Positions 14,206 through 26,616 of a stretch of 64,000 nt of DNA are shown here, one piece after another. The stretch is taken from positions 20,088,001-20,152,000 of the forward strand of contig JAQFVV010000006.1 of the NCBI GenBank assembly GCA_028023455.1. The letters run 5' to 3'. The translations under genes and the position numbers were made by a program. This DNA comes from Epiperipatus broadwayi. Lineage: Eukaryota; Animalia; Onychophora. Under the pieces are notes generated by a model. That model did no database searches. It saw nothing but the letters and a program-made list of their open reading frames with translations, and had not been told where the DNA came from. Position 1 is the first letter of the stretch. Each line of letters begins with the position of its first letter.

Positions 14206-16079
14206 CAATTAAGAGCAAGCATAAGAAATAGTGATCATGTGATGCTTATTGGCTTAAAATGCTTTCAGCATACACAATGTTTTTCAATAATAAAGTTCTC
14301 TTATTCTTTACAATTCAGATAGAGGAAATGTACTTCAGCACTACTTTCAGATCCAACGTTTTTCATTGATGAAAGTCATAAGCTGAGATATATGGACAGG
14401 ATAGCATTAATTAGAGATTTGTTAAGCAATATAGCATTATTTGATTACTGAATTTTCCACTAGGTGGCATAACTGTTAGAAAATAACATTTTGTTATTAG
14501 AGATATAATTAACAGTTCACAAAAGCTAATGACTGTATTTAAAAAATATTAACAATCATTCCCTAAATAATGTTGAAACCTTAACAAGATTAATTAATCA
14601 TCAGGGAATTTAAAAGTTTAATTTTTTTTGGGTTTTCCCCAAGAATGAAAGCAAATTATTTTAAAATCTCTTAAAAATAATGATTTTGTGAATATATGAT
14701 ATAAAATATTTAATCTTAGATGTATATACAGAATCAAAGTTTTAAAAAAATATTTTAAAATAATAATAATAAATTAATTTTCTTTTAGGATGAATGATTA
14801 AGTTAATCCGTATGCATATACAGTATATAGCATATAATATTACAATATTAGTCAAAAAACAAAATTTTACTAAAATTCTTCCAGACCCTGGTTTCAATCG
14901 ATTAACAAATAGATCTTTTCAAAATGAAATTCAAGTAGATATAAACGACGTATATATACAATTCTAGTTGAATTCTATTTGAGAAGGTCTGTTTGTTAAT
15001 ACATGAACCAGGATCATAGAGAATTTTAGTAGAATTTTGTTTTTGGCTGGTATTGTAATGTTGTATGATTTTCTATTTTATTTATCACTACTAGTATACT
15101 GATAGGCCATAGTTAATATATAGATATATTAATTTAATAAATATATTTTGACATAAACAAATTTACTACAAGAAAATATTAAATTATTACATAAATGAGG
15201 AAAGTTAAATATTCATTTTTAAATAATTGATGTCGCAGATATAAAATTATAACGATTATTTGTAATAAAATAAAATTATAACTCTTATTAGAATAAATTT
15301 ACCTATCAAAACTTAACGGTTCATTATTGTAATTTTTTTCTTTGCATTTACTCTATATATTTATTGGAATTATTTGCCAAAACATAACTTGGATAATTTT
15401 CTAGGTATGTAAAAAGTTTTAATGGGGCTTTAAAGCACCATTCCTAATGTAGGTTTATTAATTCTTAATAGAAGCATAATGATGTGAATATACATCCTGG
15501 ATCAGAAATTTGTGAGAACTGATTCAAAGTCTTTTCTGATCATTTAAATAAACATGGGTGTGATATAGAGGCCCATTTATAAATATCAGGCACCTTAGCC
15601 TTCTCTAATAGTAACTGAAAAATATGCTATTAATTCTGTGATTTGAATTTTTTCTGACTTTAAACTCAAATTGAAAGTGAAACCAATTACATTTTTTCTT
15701 TGTGCTCATTTTATAAGTTTGTGTTTTGAAAATGTTATTTAGTTTTTTTAAAAAATATTTTCTTTGAATATTGTTTTTTAAATATCTTAATTTTTCATTT
15801 ATTTATTATTTGCCCTATCATAATCTCTCTATAGCTATTTATACACAATTCTCTTTATAATTAATTAATCTAAGAGAATCCACAAAACAAAAACAAAAAA
15901 AAAAATACATTTTTAAAAATATAAAAAAACACAATAATTTGCTTTTTTCCTTCAAATTAAAGCATATTATTTGAATAAATATAAAATGCATACTTTTAAG
16001 TATAATTTTATGACATTTTAAAATCTTGTTTTTAATTTTCAGTTGCATAGTTGAGCTATCTCATACACCCTGGATTATC

Positions 16080-16730
16080 ACACTTCCCAACATTCCCAGG
16101 TAAAAAAAAGATATAATGCGCCTATTTTGCATATTACACAATTCTTGATAAAATTTTGTTCGGGTTGACTGTTATAACAAATGATGACAATATCATATGA
16201 TCCCTCATGGGTCTGAAACACTTTTTCCCACTTTTTCATTACATAGCGAATGTCATAGATGTTGCAATAATTATAATATTTCAATCAGCAGCATATACAA
16301 ACATTTAATGGTATCATAAGTCATTATTTCATTCACAATAAAATCACTTAACAGTAGATATAATAAAGTTCCTATTTTAGAGTTCTCATATTTGATAACA
16401 CATCCATTAAGCTTTTTTGATAATTTCCGTAGTTATTTTCATCTTTTTGCAGTTTCCTTACTACTTGCTACATTATCCACAGTTATTTCATTCATTTCAA
16501 ACTCATTTACCATTATTGAATCAATTTTGAAAGCTTCCTTGATTTCCAACTTTATTTTAGAATCTTTTGCACTTTTTGTATCAACTTTCTTTTTATTTAT
16601 GGCTTCTACATCCACATTAGTTTTATCTGTGGCTTCTGCATATATATTATTTTGTTAGTGATCTATATTTCAATATTATTTTCATTGATGACTTCTACAT
16701 TCATATTATACTGATTTGTAGTAATAACCA
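16080..16730 (-). mobile_element. Decayed LINE fragment (K/E-rich ORF1 end plus start of APE endonuclease, L1/Tx1-like)
   Basis: Minus frame TNKIIYAEATDKTNVDVEAINKKK...KETAKR* is followed by CNIYDIRYVMKKWEKVFQTHEGSYDIVII, resembling the N-terminus of LINE APE domains (NxxG...K...DIxxxQE). Confidence 0.35.
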
Positions 16731-19700
16731 ATATATATATATATATATTGTGCCCTTTTGTATGGGTCACCATTTAATTTTGTGCTAATCTATTAAAAAT
16801 TTTAAATTTAAGATATATTTGAATATGTGATGTTGATTTTGCTTATGGTAATATTTCAAAAGATTTAATGAAGGCAATCTATGAGTATTTGATATGTAAA
16901 ATTGTGCTGATATTGAGAGAGACATTTTAAAATGATGATGATTATAATATATAGTTGGGAAAAATGGCCATAATCAATACTGCATTAATAGATTTAATAA
17001 ATAAATATTTAAAGCTAAAAGTGTTTAAAAGACAAGTTAAAATTAAATGCATATGTTTGTTGTTGATAAAATAATATTATAAGAGAATATAAATATTTTA
17101 ATTATTGTAAGTACTTAAATAGAAGATTGATATTTGATTTTAATAATATCGAATAATTATTTTAAAATCTATTATAATATCTTATTTATTTAAAAAATAT
17201 TTATTTTAAAAAATGCAATTGTTAGTTTATTTTTAGACGAGGATAAGCGTTTCTTGTGTTATAAAGAACAGATGTTATACACACACATGCTTGGAAGTTA
17301 TTTAATAAAGTTGCAAAACTATTTTAAAATCATGTTGTAAAATTTATAAATAATATGTGAGCTATCATGAGATAAAAATAAAGATATTGAATGTGAAATC
17401 TTAAATTTGATTTTAAAATATTGTTTTAAAAATATGACGTATATAAAAAATACTTAGTTTATTTTAAATAATTTTATAAAAGTTAAAATTAAAATCAAGT
17501 AAAATAATATACTTTTTAAAAGTGTTTAATAGATTTAAATAAACGATAAGAATTATTTTAAAAATGTAATAATGTAATAAATATTAAATATTAAATAAGT
17601 CATTATTTATTTTTAATTTTGTGTTGTTGGTAAATATGTAAATAAGCCAGCAAATTGATTGTTTAAATGTACCAATCAAATGAGAAGTTTCTTCCGGTAT
17701 AAAAGCTCAGTTCAATTGTTAGGAGAGGACTCTGTGATTGATTTTTCAAGTTAATTGTGTTATTAAAATAGCTACGTAAATTTTTATAGACGCTTTTAAA
17801 ATCATTTTTCAAAATTATAAGAGTGTCTTGTAAATAAGTTATAAAAGTTTAAAATGATAGACATGCAGTATTAACTTAATTTTTTCCCTATCGATCGTCT
17901 CTATATTAAGCTCAATTTACAAGCAAATAGTCATGGGAACATCATATATAGTGAAAATATATCGGAAACTTTATACTAGAAGTATGACAAACGCTGGATT
18001 AGTTCGGAAAATTACAAGATGGAGAAAAGTAGTATTTTGGACAGTATATAATTTTAAAAGCTAATTACTATTGCTTATTAGAAAATAGATATTTTAAAGA
18101 ATAAAATACTTCTTTATGAAGAAAGTATTTTTGCAAGCTATAAATTTGAATATATATATCTTAAGTAAAGATATTAAAAATGAAAGTAGCTTTGAATACT
18201 TGCCTTGTTAAGTCTTTATGATTAAAAGACTGAATGTGGACAATTTTAAAAAGGCAAATAGATTAAAAATATATTTAGCTAGAAATCTTAATATAATAAA
18301 GATTATTATATTGAAATAATTTAAACGCAGGTCGTTTATAAATAAAGAAGCTTATTCTTACCTGGATATTTTATTAAAAAATGTGCAAGTGGACGTCCCA
18401 GTTAATGTAAAATAATTAAATGATAATTTTTCATAAATTATAAACTAATTCAAGAATAATAACTTTTAAATAATATTCTTTAAAGAACTGCATCCGGATC
18501 AGATAAACTATTTTAATTTTATTATATTTTTTATAAAAGAACTGATTAACTTTTATTTTGGGTTTTAAAAGAACGTTTTCGTTTTTCATAAACTTTTAAA
18601 AAAACACGTGTTGGTCCGGAAACAGGAAATGGTGTGCTAGTGAATATGTGCCTAGGATTAAAAAAACTTTATGGTGGAAAAGAAAACATCGCTGGAGTCA
18701 CGTAATATGAACTCTGTTTTATTTATCTAATATAAAAATTAAATATTATTAATTTATTAAAATAAGATAGGTACATATCTTTAAATAATAACTAAAAAAT
18801 AATATAATGATTAATTGCATGAGTTTATTTTATAATTAATATAACACGGAATATTTTAAAGTATGATCGTGTGTATAAATGTGAATTATTTTATGAAGCT
18901 GTAATTCCGAAGAATATTGGAAGAGGGACTGGATATTAAATTATTATTGATGGTAAAAATTGTAATAATAATAATTTTTATGTATTTAATATGTTTTCTT
19001 TAGATCAACCAAATATTATGTTGTTTTGAATGAATGTATGATTATTTTAAAAATACACACACATTATGTTGGCAGTGACAGTTTATTTAAATATGCATAA
19101 TTTGAATTTATGAAATAAATACGATGCAACATTACATAAGAAGCTTAGAAATAATTATATGATTCTTTCGTTAATAAATTTTGATATTGTTTTATGTTAT
19201 AATATTAGAATTATATTTATTATTTATAAGTAATTATTTTTTTATTGCAAGTTAGGAAGAGAGTTAAAAGTCTGTATTTTATTTTGTTTATTGGATAAAT
19301 TATGTTAAGTTTTATGGAGAAGTTTATCTTTAAATTGAAGGTTTACCAAGTATAGATGATGAAGCATAAATAGTTTGGATAATTAATATTTTATTTAAAA
19401 TTGAAAGTTGTTTTTCCGGAAATTTTAAATAAGTTTAGAGGATGTTTTTGTAGATAGAAATTTATTAAGAAGGAGTAGTATAACACATAAAGTAGGGTAA
19501 TAATTTCATATAGAAAAGAATCATAGAATTTATCTAATATAATACTTTATGAATTTGAAAGTAATGAATGATTTAAATAATATTATTATTTCAACAACAC
19601 ATATATGTAATGCATATTTGATAAAATCTGTAGCATGAATTGCATTAAGTGAAATATAAGGTTATAATCAATTATTTGTTATTACATTACACAGATACAT

Positions 19701-21059
19701 TAATTTCTATATTATAATATTAAAGTAGTACTAATAGTAAAGTGGACACATACTATTACATTATGGAATGAATAATAGTAATACTTAATTAATGTAGCAA
19801 TTTAATTAATAAAGGTTAATTGTTTGCATATGTTACATAAACAGTATTTACATAAAATTATTTGTAATAATTGAAGCTTACTGATATGTATTTAAAGTGT
19901 AAGTTCGAAAACATACTTCAATGTTATTAATACAGCATTTTAAAGGATGTATAATCACTTATTAGGAGTATGAGTTAATAACAGTGTAAACATATTGTAT
20001 TATTATTTTCTTATTTTATTTTCTTTGTTTTCATAATTTTGAACTGTAAATATTGTAAATAAATTTTTAGTTGAAGTTAAGGTAAATAAACTTGTTTAAT
20101 TTGTTTTTTTAAAAGTGTGTTGAGTTCATTATTTTACACCACAGCATTTGACAGCAGATAATTTGAACAAACATAATATTTGCACAATGTGAATTTATTA
20201 ATATTATTTTAGAAATAAATACAATATTTTCCTGATTATCATTTATAAGAATTGATTAACATTAATATATCATATTACAATGGTCATAAAGTAATTATAA
20301 TGCATAATATAAGAGTACAATATTATTTATTGCCACAGATTATTGAATTATAAGATTTTGATCTATTCCAAAATTAAGATGCTATATGAAAATAAAAGAT
20401 ATACATATGATTATTTATTTAATGATTGATGATATATTAGAAATAGATAAGATTAGATTATACTCTAAGATTGGTATCATAAATATTAAATAAGTTAGGT
20501 ATATTTAGGTTTGATATAAAATCCCATATCATACTTATTTACATGAGTTATCATTACTTTAAGATAATTAGAAGAACCTGAGATTATTTAATTATATTTT
20601 TAAAAATTAAAAGTTAAGATTTATTTATTTATTATTATTAAAGATAGTTTATTTTATTTAAAAGCCATAAGAATGCTATAGAGGTAGTAGTAAGTTAGTA
20701 AGGAGGTGATAGTATTCTTATGCCATTGAGACAGTGTCTTAGGAGATATTGACTCAATGTAAATCTACTTATTGCTTTGTAACTTTACTTCACAGTCTCA
20801 TGATTTTAATAAATACTTATTTAATTAGTACATACTATAGAAATATATTGATTTTGATAATTAATAATAAATTTAATTAGAATATAATAATATAAAAGTA
20901 TATTAAAGATAGATATGTAAATTTTAACTGAGCATTATAATTTAATTAAGCTAATCGTATTTCAAACTATATTATATATCGAGAAGTAAGGGTACAATAT
21001 ATATATATATATTGTATTTATTTTATTTTCATCATTATATTCTACACATTACCAGATAT

Positions 21060-22260
21060 AACAAGTCTTAAACTAGCATAGAAACTCTTAATGATCTCTG
21101 ACAATCATCTGCAATATTACTTATCTTCTTTAAGTTGGACTGGATTTATCAAATGGATTGAACATCATCACAATTTTAACTTCATCCATCACTTCATTCA
21201 TTAAAGACTCTACCTCAACAATACATAGTTTTATGGGTAGATGAATTTGGGTGTTCAAGTTGGACTGGATTTATCAAATGGATTGAACATCATCTCAATT
21301 TTGACTTCATCCATCACTTCATTCATTAAAGACTCTACCTCAACAATACATAGTTTTATGGGTAGATGAATTTGGGTGTTTTCCACTGCAGTATTATTAG
21401 AGATTTTAATCTCTTTCAAGGCATCACCTTTACACTCTTCAATTGAATTCAAATCTTAATTACTTTCATTTATTACAACACTAAACTATGGCATTTCAAT
21501 ATTACTTTCTGCAAAATATTTAGTGTTTATTGAGATAACTTTATACTTTGTAGATTTTTTTATAGTGTTCCCATTAATTTTATAATTTTTAACATTATTT
21601 TTCTTCTTCTTATTATTATTATCAATTTTTGATTTTTCCATAGTGTTTATAACATCCTCTAGTTTTTCCATTTCTACTTTGTTTTTGAAAATTTCTTTCT
21701 CAAAATTTTTTAGTTATTATAAATTTTGTTCCTTTCCCCCCTTAAATTTAATAATTTCTTCCATAAAGACTTTACAGAATTGATTCTGATAATTTCTCCA
21801 ATTGATTAATTTATTCCAGATGTTTGTTTTATTTTTAATAATTATAATATTCTAGGTTTTCAAAATTTTAAAATTATTATTTTTTAATATGATATAAAGA
21901 CCTTGAGACCAACTTACACTAATTCTTTCTAAAAGCTGTCTAATACTTTCTTCTTTTTTTTATCATCTAACTTTTTAATTTATGAGTATCTTTTTCTGCC
22001 ATATTATTTGTATGATATCTGTTTTTTTCTTAATATTTCTCTTGATTTCTGGTTCTCTTGCTTAGTCATTGATTTCTATGTGTATAATAAATAATTGTAG
22101 AATATAAACATCTAAAACCACCAGACTTTTAATCATATCAAAATTTCTTAATTTATTTCATCTGCCGGGCATATGAGTATATTCATAACAACATTTGAGT
22201 ATCCAAATGTAACAGAATAAATTAGAGATAACTGCAAATAAATTATCTTTTTATAAAATT
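21060..22260 (-). mobile_element. Decayed K/E/N-rich ORF, probably LINE ORF1/gag-like remnant
   Basis: Chain of stop-interrupted frames (e.g. ORFs 21486-21671 and 21255-21452) with a purine-rich minus strand. No diagnostic motif. Confidence 0.3.
21132..21380. repeat. Tandem duplication, 125-bp period, 2 copies
   Basis: 21132-21255 repeats at 21257-21380 with two mismatches (CACAATTTTAAC vs CTCAATTTTGAC). Confidence 0.95.
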
Positions 22261-22430
22261 AATAGTAGGATAATAATTTCACACATAGGACTGGCAAATA
22301 TAATAAAATCAATTGGAAAGGAAAACCAAAAACACTTCTGTAGCATGTTAATGAAACATATATATATATATATTGGAATAGATAATATATATAATATTAT
22401 TTTTCATGGCTAAATGAAGTAGTTTTTGTG

Positions 22431-22747
22431 TTAGACCATGTATTATTTTGAGTTCCTTCCCAATGTTTTGATAAATTAATATCTGTCACTGTTAAGGTTA
22501 ACTTTTTATAGAACAGCTGTTAGATCTCAAGTAGTAAGAAAATTGAATGTGAAGTAAAAAATAAGATTGGGTGATAATCCACATATTCTGAATGCTCAAC
22601 TAATTCACACTCAATCGCATTTTTTACTTCACACTCAATCTCTTACTATTTGAGTTAACAGCTTTTCTTTAAAAAGTTAATTTAGACAATGGTGGATGCT
22701 ATTTCATTAAAACCTTGGAAAGTAATACAAAATAATACATGGTTTAA
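22431..22747. repeat. Fold-back (palindromic) MITE-like element
   Basis: TTAGACCATGTATTATTTTG is mirrored by CAAAATAATACATGGTTTAA. Inner arms TTAACTTTTTA..AGCTGTTA..TCAA..AGTAAGA..TGTGAAGTAAAAAAT are also mirrored. Confidence 0.8.
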
Positions 22748-24469
22748 CCCAAAACCTACTTCATTTATATATATATAAATTAATAATTTTGATTAAACAG
22801 ATGCATAGCTGAATTATTTTTAAATATGTGAAAATATCTGCTATATTTTATTATAGAAAAATTAGTCAGATGTTAATAGACAATGACCAATGAAAATAAG
22901 AAGCAGTAAACACGTTTTACATTCAAAAGAAGAACCTTTTCTTTTAAACCATTGTTCAATTTCCAGCCCTCAGCCACTGGTTTATTTTTCCACAGCCACC
23001 TATTATATAGAGATAAAGTGTTACATAAACATAGATAAGTTTAAAGAAACAAATCTCATAACAGTTTCTACGTTCATTATTATAATAGATTTTTCAACTG
23101 ACAGTCTAATATTTATAATTTTTTAAATTATTAACTCCATAGAAGAGATTTCCATTTTGAATGAAAAAGCATTTACAATTTACTATTTTCATTGATCATT
23201 TTCTATTAACATCTGTGGGATTTTTCTACAATAAAATATAACAGACATTTCCACATACTTAAAAATATTTTATGCTTATATAAGTATGAAAAAAATAACC
23301 AAGTCATTTACTGATGATGATAAGCAGAGTGTACAATACAAATCAGATGGCAATGATTTCAAACAATTAACTAATAGTCGCGACTTAGTACATTATTTAC
23401 TTATCTGAATATGAATGTTGATAGGGAAATAACTATATTTTACTGAAAGCGGCGATAGTAGTTATGTTGATAATTATGTAAGTACATATCTTAACAATAA
23501 TTCCAACCACTAAAATCAAAGCAAAGAGAAGGGTGCATTAGCTTGATTACCGTGATTAAATAACAACGATTTATACTTATCTGATATATGCATGTTTTGC
23601 AGTATATTAGCTATGATATTCTTAATCGTATAATATATGCAATCATTAGTTGAATATATAAAATATTTCTTAATTAAGATTAAACCCTCCCCCATCAACC
23701 TACTCTATCCCTTCATTCCCAAAAAGACTTTATATATTCATATAGATGATGCAATTTTAAAAATAAAGCAATAAATGCGTTAAGATAAAATCAATTACAA
23801 CATTTAATTATTAAGACATGATTGCATTTAAATAATGGTAGCAATTATTCAATATAATAATTTTGAAAGTTTAACAAGTTTAATTAGCTACGTACATAAT
23901 TTAAAAAATTATTTTACTTAATTCTTTTCCTAGAATGAAAGCAAATTGTTTTGAAATCCTTTACAAGAGTTATTTTGAGAGTTGCTCTCGAAAGACTTTT
24001 GACTATTCTACATAGACATACGTGAACGATTAAAAAATATATATTTAAAATAATTATTAATAAAGTGTTTTTTTTTTTAAATCAATGATTTAATCTGTAC
24101 GTATGTATGTATATGCAATAAACACAGCATTATTTTAAATGTTATATATATATTATAATGAAGATTTCATGGATAAAAATACAATCTTTTTTGGGTCATT
24201 TGCATATATTGTCAACATTTCCAGGAAATTGCATTTATCTTTGTTAAAGCTAAGATTGTGTCTGAAGTATGAATAAGGTTGTGAATGGATGGGAATTAAA
24301 GACCATTAATTCATACATATATTAGACAGTTGTCCAATTAGAATAAGAAGTGGATTAGTAAAAAAATTGTATTTCCTTTTGCATTACGGTAAACTGATTT
24401 ATTAAAATTGATTTTAGAAGAAGAAAAAAATCAAATGATTGGCTTTCGTAAAACTGGAATATGCTGTAT

Positions 24470-24605
24470 TTCATCACCTTTATTTAATTAAACAATTTGA
24501 CCTTTTTAAAATTTCAATAGAATCTCTCATAGTCCTTAAATCATATTTTTCCAATGGAGCTATTATTTTAGTATCATCAAAGTCAAGGGTGTGACCAATT
24601 TTCAA
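24470..24605 (-). pseudogene. Penelope-like element endonuclease C-terminal fragment
   Basis: Minus frame KIGHTLDFDDTKIIAPLEKYDLRTMRDSIEILKRSNCLIK fits the PLE GH-x-x-DF...R-x-x-R(E/D)SIEI...N pattern. Confidence 0.7.
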
Positions 24606-24649
24606 TTTAGAAAAAAGTATTTTCTCGGAAAATAATAATTTACTGTAGC

Positions 24650-25320
24650 ATAATCTTACTATAAGGGACCTGAACTCAGACTTTCAAGCTCCCTACTAAC
24701 ACTCATCAGTTGGTTCAGATCATCATCTTCCACACATATATACAATCAGTGCTCACTTTATATTAATATAGCAATTATTCAAACTTTAATGGACAAATTC
24801 AATCTTCTCCACTCTCCAACTCTTTAGCTATTTATATCTTAAAAGCTTTTTCATTAGAGTTGAAAGATTTGCTATCTTAATACAAACTGAACACTGATTG
24901 GGAGATGATCTGAACCAACTGATGAGTGCTAAGTCAGGGTGATATATATATATCAAAATATTAATATATAACAAACTAACCAAAGGAAATACATATAAAA
25001 ACAAAAAAAAAGACTTATAAATCCAATAAATAATATTATATTTCAACCAGAGGACTGGTTTTCATCAGAAAGAAAAAAAATACACAGTAAAATGGCGATA
25101 ATCAAAAATTACAGATTTGGTAAAAGATTAAAAATTTAACAAAAATCCCCTGATTGGTCGCAAAATCTAACACAGAATATCTACCCAATCAATGACAAAA
25201 TTCAAACAAAAAAAAAACAAACTACATGTATGTGGCCATGTGTATCGATTGTGGAAGATAAAGTGGATGGTTGTAGGGAGTTGAAAGTCTGAGTTCAGGT
25301 CCTTTCTAGTTACATTATGT
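24650..25320. mobile_element. HHR-palindrome family, copy D
   Basis: AGGGACCTGAACTCAGACTTTCAAGCTCCCTAC (24664-24696) is inverted to GTAGGGAGTTGAAAGTCTGAGTTCAGGTCCTT (25273-25304). Partial HHR cores at 24699-24725 (-) and 24905-24930 (+). Confidence 0.8.
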
Positions 25321-26059
25321 TTAGTATCTATAAGTACAACTTATTTATATGATCTAATGGCAATTTACCATGTTTTGGACATAAATATCAATATGATTAA
25401 TAATTATTTAGTAGGTATAACCCCAAAAAGATTTTTTTTATATATGTACATGAAAAGAAAATCTTTTTTCGGTATATATTATTTTCAAGAATGTATTTGG
25501 ATAAGAAGACATTAATACTATTATCTAAATGAAGGAACTTAGATATAATTAATTTTTAAATATTTAAATTGGTAGGTGTAAATTAATTTTAAAGATACAA
25601 TTCTTACTGAGACACTTGCCTAAATTCAACAATTTTATTACTGATGTTGCCCCATTATTATTAGATTTTTTTCTTGATAATGATTATTCTATATATTTTC
25701 TGGAGTTATGTGCCACACATGACAATTTTCTAAGCAAGTAAAAATCTGTAGAAAAAACCTCAAAATATTCTCTAGATTGTTAAGCAGAATGATGAGAATA
25801 GCTATTCTTTCAAAAATCCATGAGCAACTGGTCCAAATTTTTTTTTGATTATATAATTGACCATGGTTATGATATAGAGGTTCATTTATAAATGTACCAC
25901 AACTTAGACTTCTCTAATAGCAATTAAAGATGTTATTAACTCTGTTACTTTAAAATTCTTTTAATTCAGACTGATATTAAAACTAATTAAATTTTCTTTT
26001 TTATAAGTTTAGATGTGACAATTTAATTCCCAAATTCACATTCATAAAATATACATGTG

Positions 26060-26350
26060 GAAGTGTGCATCAATGGTTACTGCTACCTTCAAAATAGACC
26101 ACTTGTGCATTCTGATTAAAATGGCATTTCCATTTCTGGAAGTATACCTGGAACTCATTTTCAGGAATACATCACAATCTTTCGAATATTAGGTATAGTA
26201 AGGCAATCTTTATCCTTTCAGCACAGTTTTTAATTTTGGAAATAACCAAAAATCACAGAGTGCTAAGTCAGGTGAATAGGAAGGATGGTCTAGTTGCGTA
26301 ATTGATTTTTTGGCCCCAAAGTCTCTCACAATAAGTGTACTATGACCAAT
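26060..26350 (-). mobile_element. Mariner transposase C-terminal remnant
   Basis: Minus frame ITQLDHPSYSPDLALCDFWLFPKLKTVLKG contains the mariner YSPDLAP(C/S)D motif. Confidence 0.9.
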
Positions 26351-26475
26351 TTTTATGCCAAATCAAATGCACAGATATTTATTATCTTCTCAATAGCTAA
26401 CTAATAACTAGATATATCATCTTAAAATTTACACATGTGTTAGCTTAAACATGTTCAAACACGTGTATGCAATAC

Positions 26476-26616
26476 TTAAAAACAGGCAAAACTCTATATA
26501 GTAGTGCTACTCAGTGTCAACCGGAGTAATCAATGGATAAGTCTTCTGGCATTTATTGATTACTCTGGTTGGCACTGAGTGGCACTACTATATGGAAAGA
26601 GTTTTGCCCGTTTTAA
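26476..26616. repeat. Short fold-back derivative of the 13786-14205 element
   Basis: ~65-bp arms AAAACAGGCAAAACTCT..ATAGTAGTGCTACTCAGTGTCAACCGGAGTAATCAAT / ATTGATTACTCTGGTTGGCACTGAGTGGCACTACTAT..AGAGTTTTGCCCGTTTT. Shares the downstream GCATAAGAAATAGTGATCATGTGATG with 14219-14247. Confidence 0.85.

Noticed and set aside
15395-15410. Recursive-splice-like YAG|GTATGT (similar motifs near 18360, 32482 and 54385)
   Set aside because: No host transcript was established and such motifs arise by chance in AT-rich DNA.
18370-18700. Parvovirus NS1 / SF3 helicase-like words (VPVNVK, GPETG, LKKLYGG)
   Set aside because: Motif order is wrong for an SF3 helicase and Walker A spacing is off, so no viral assignment was made.
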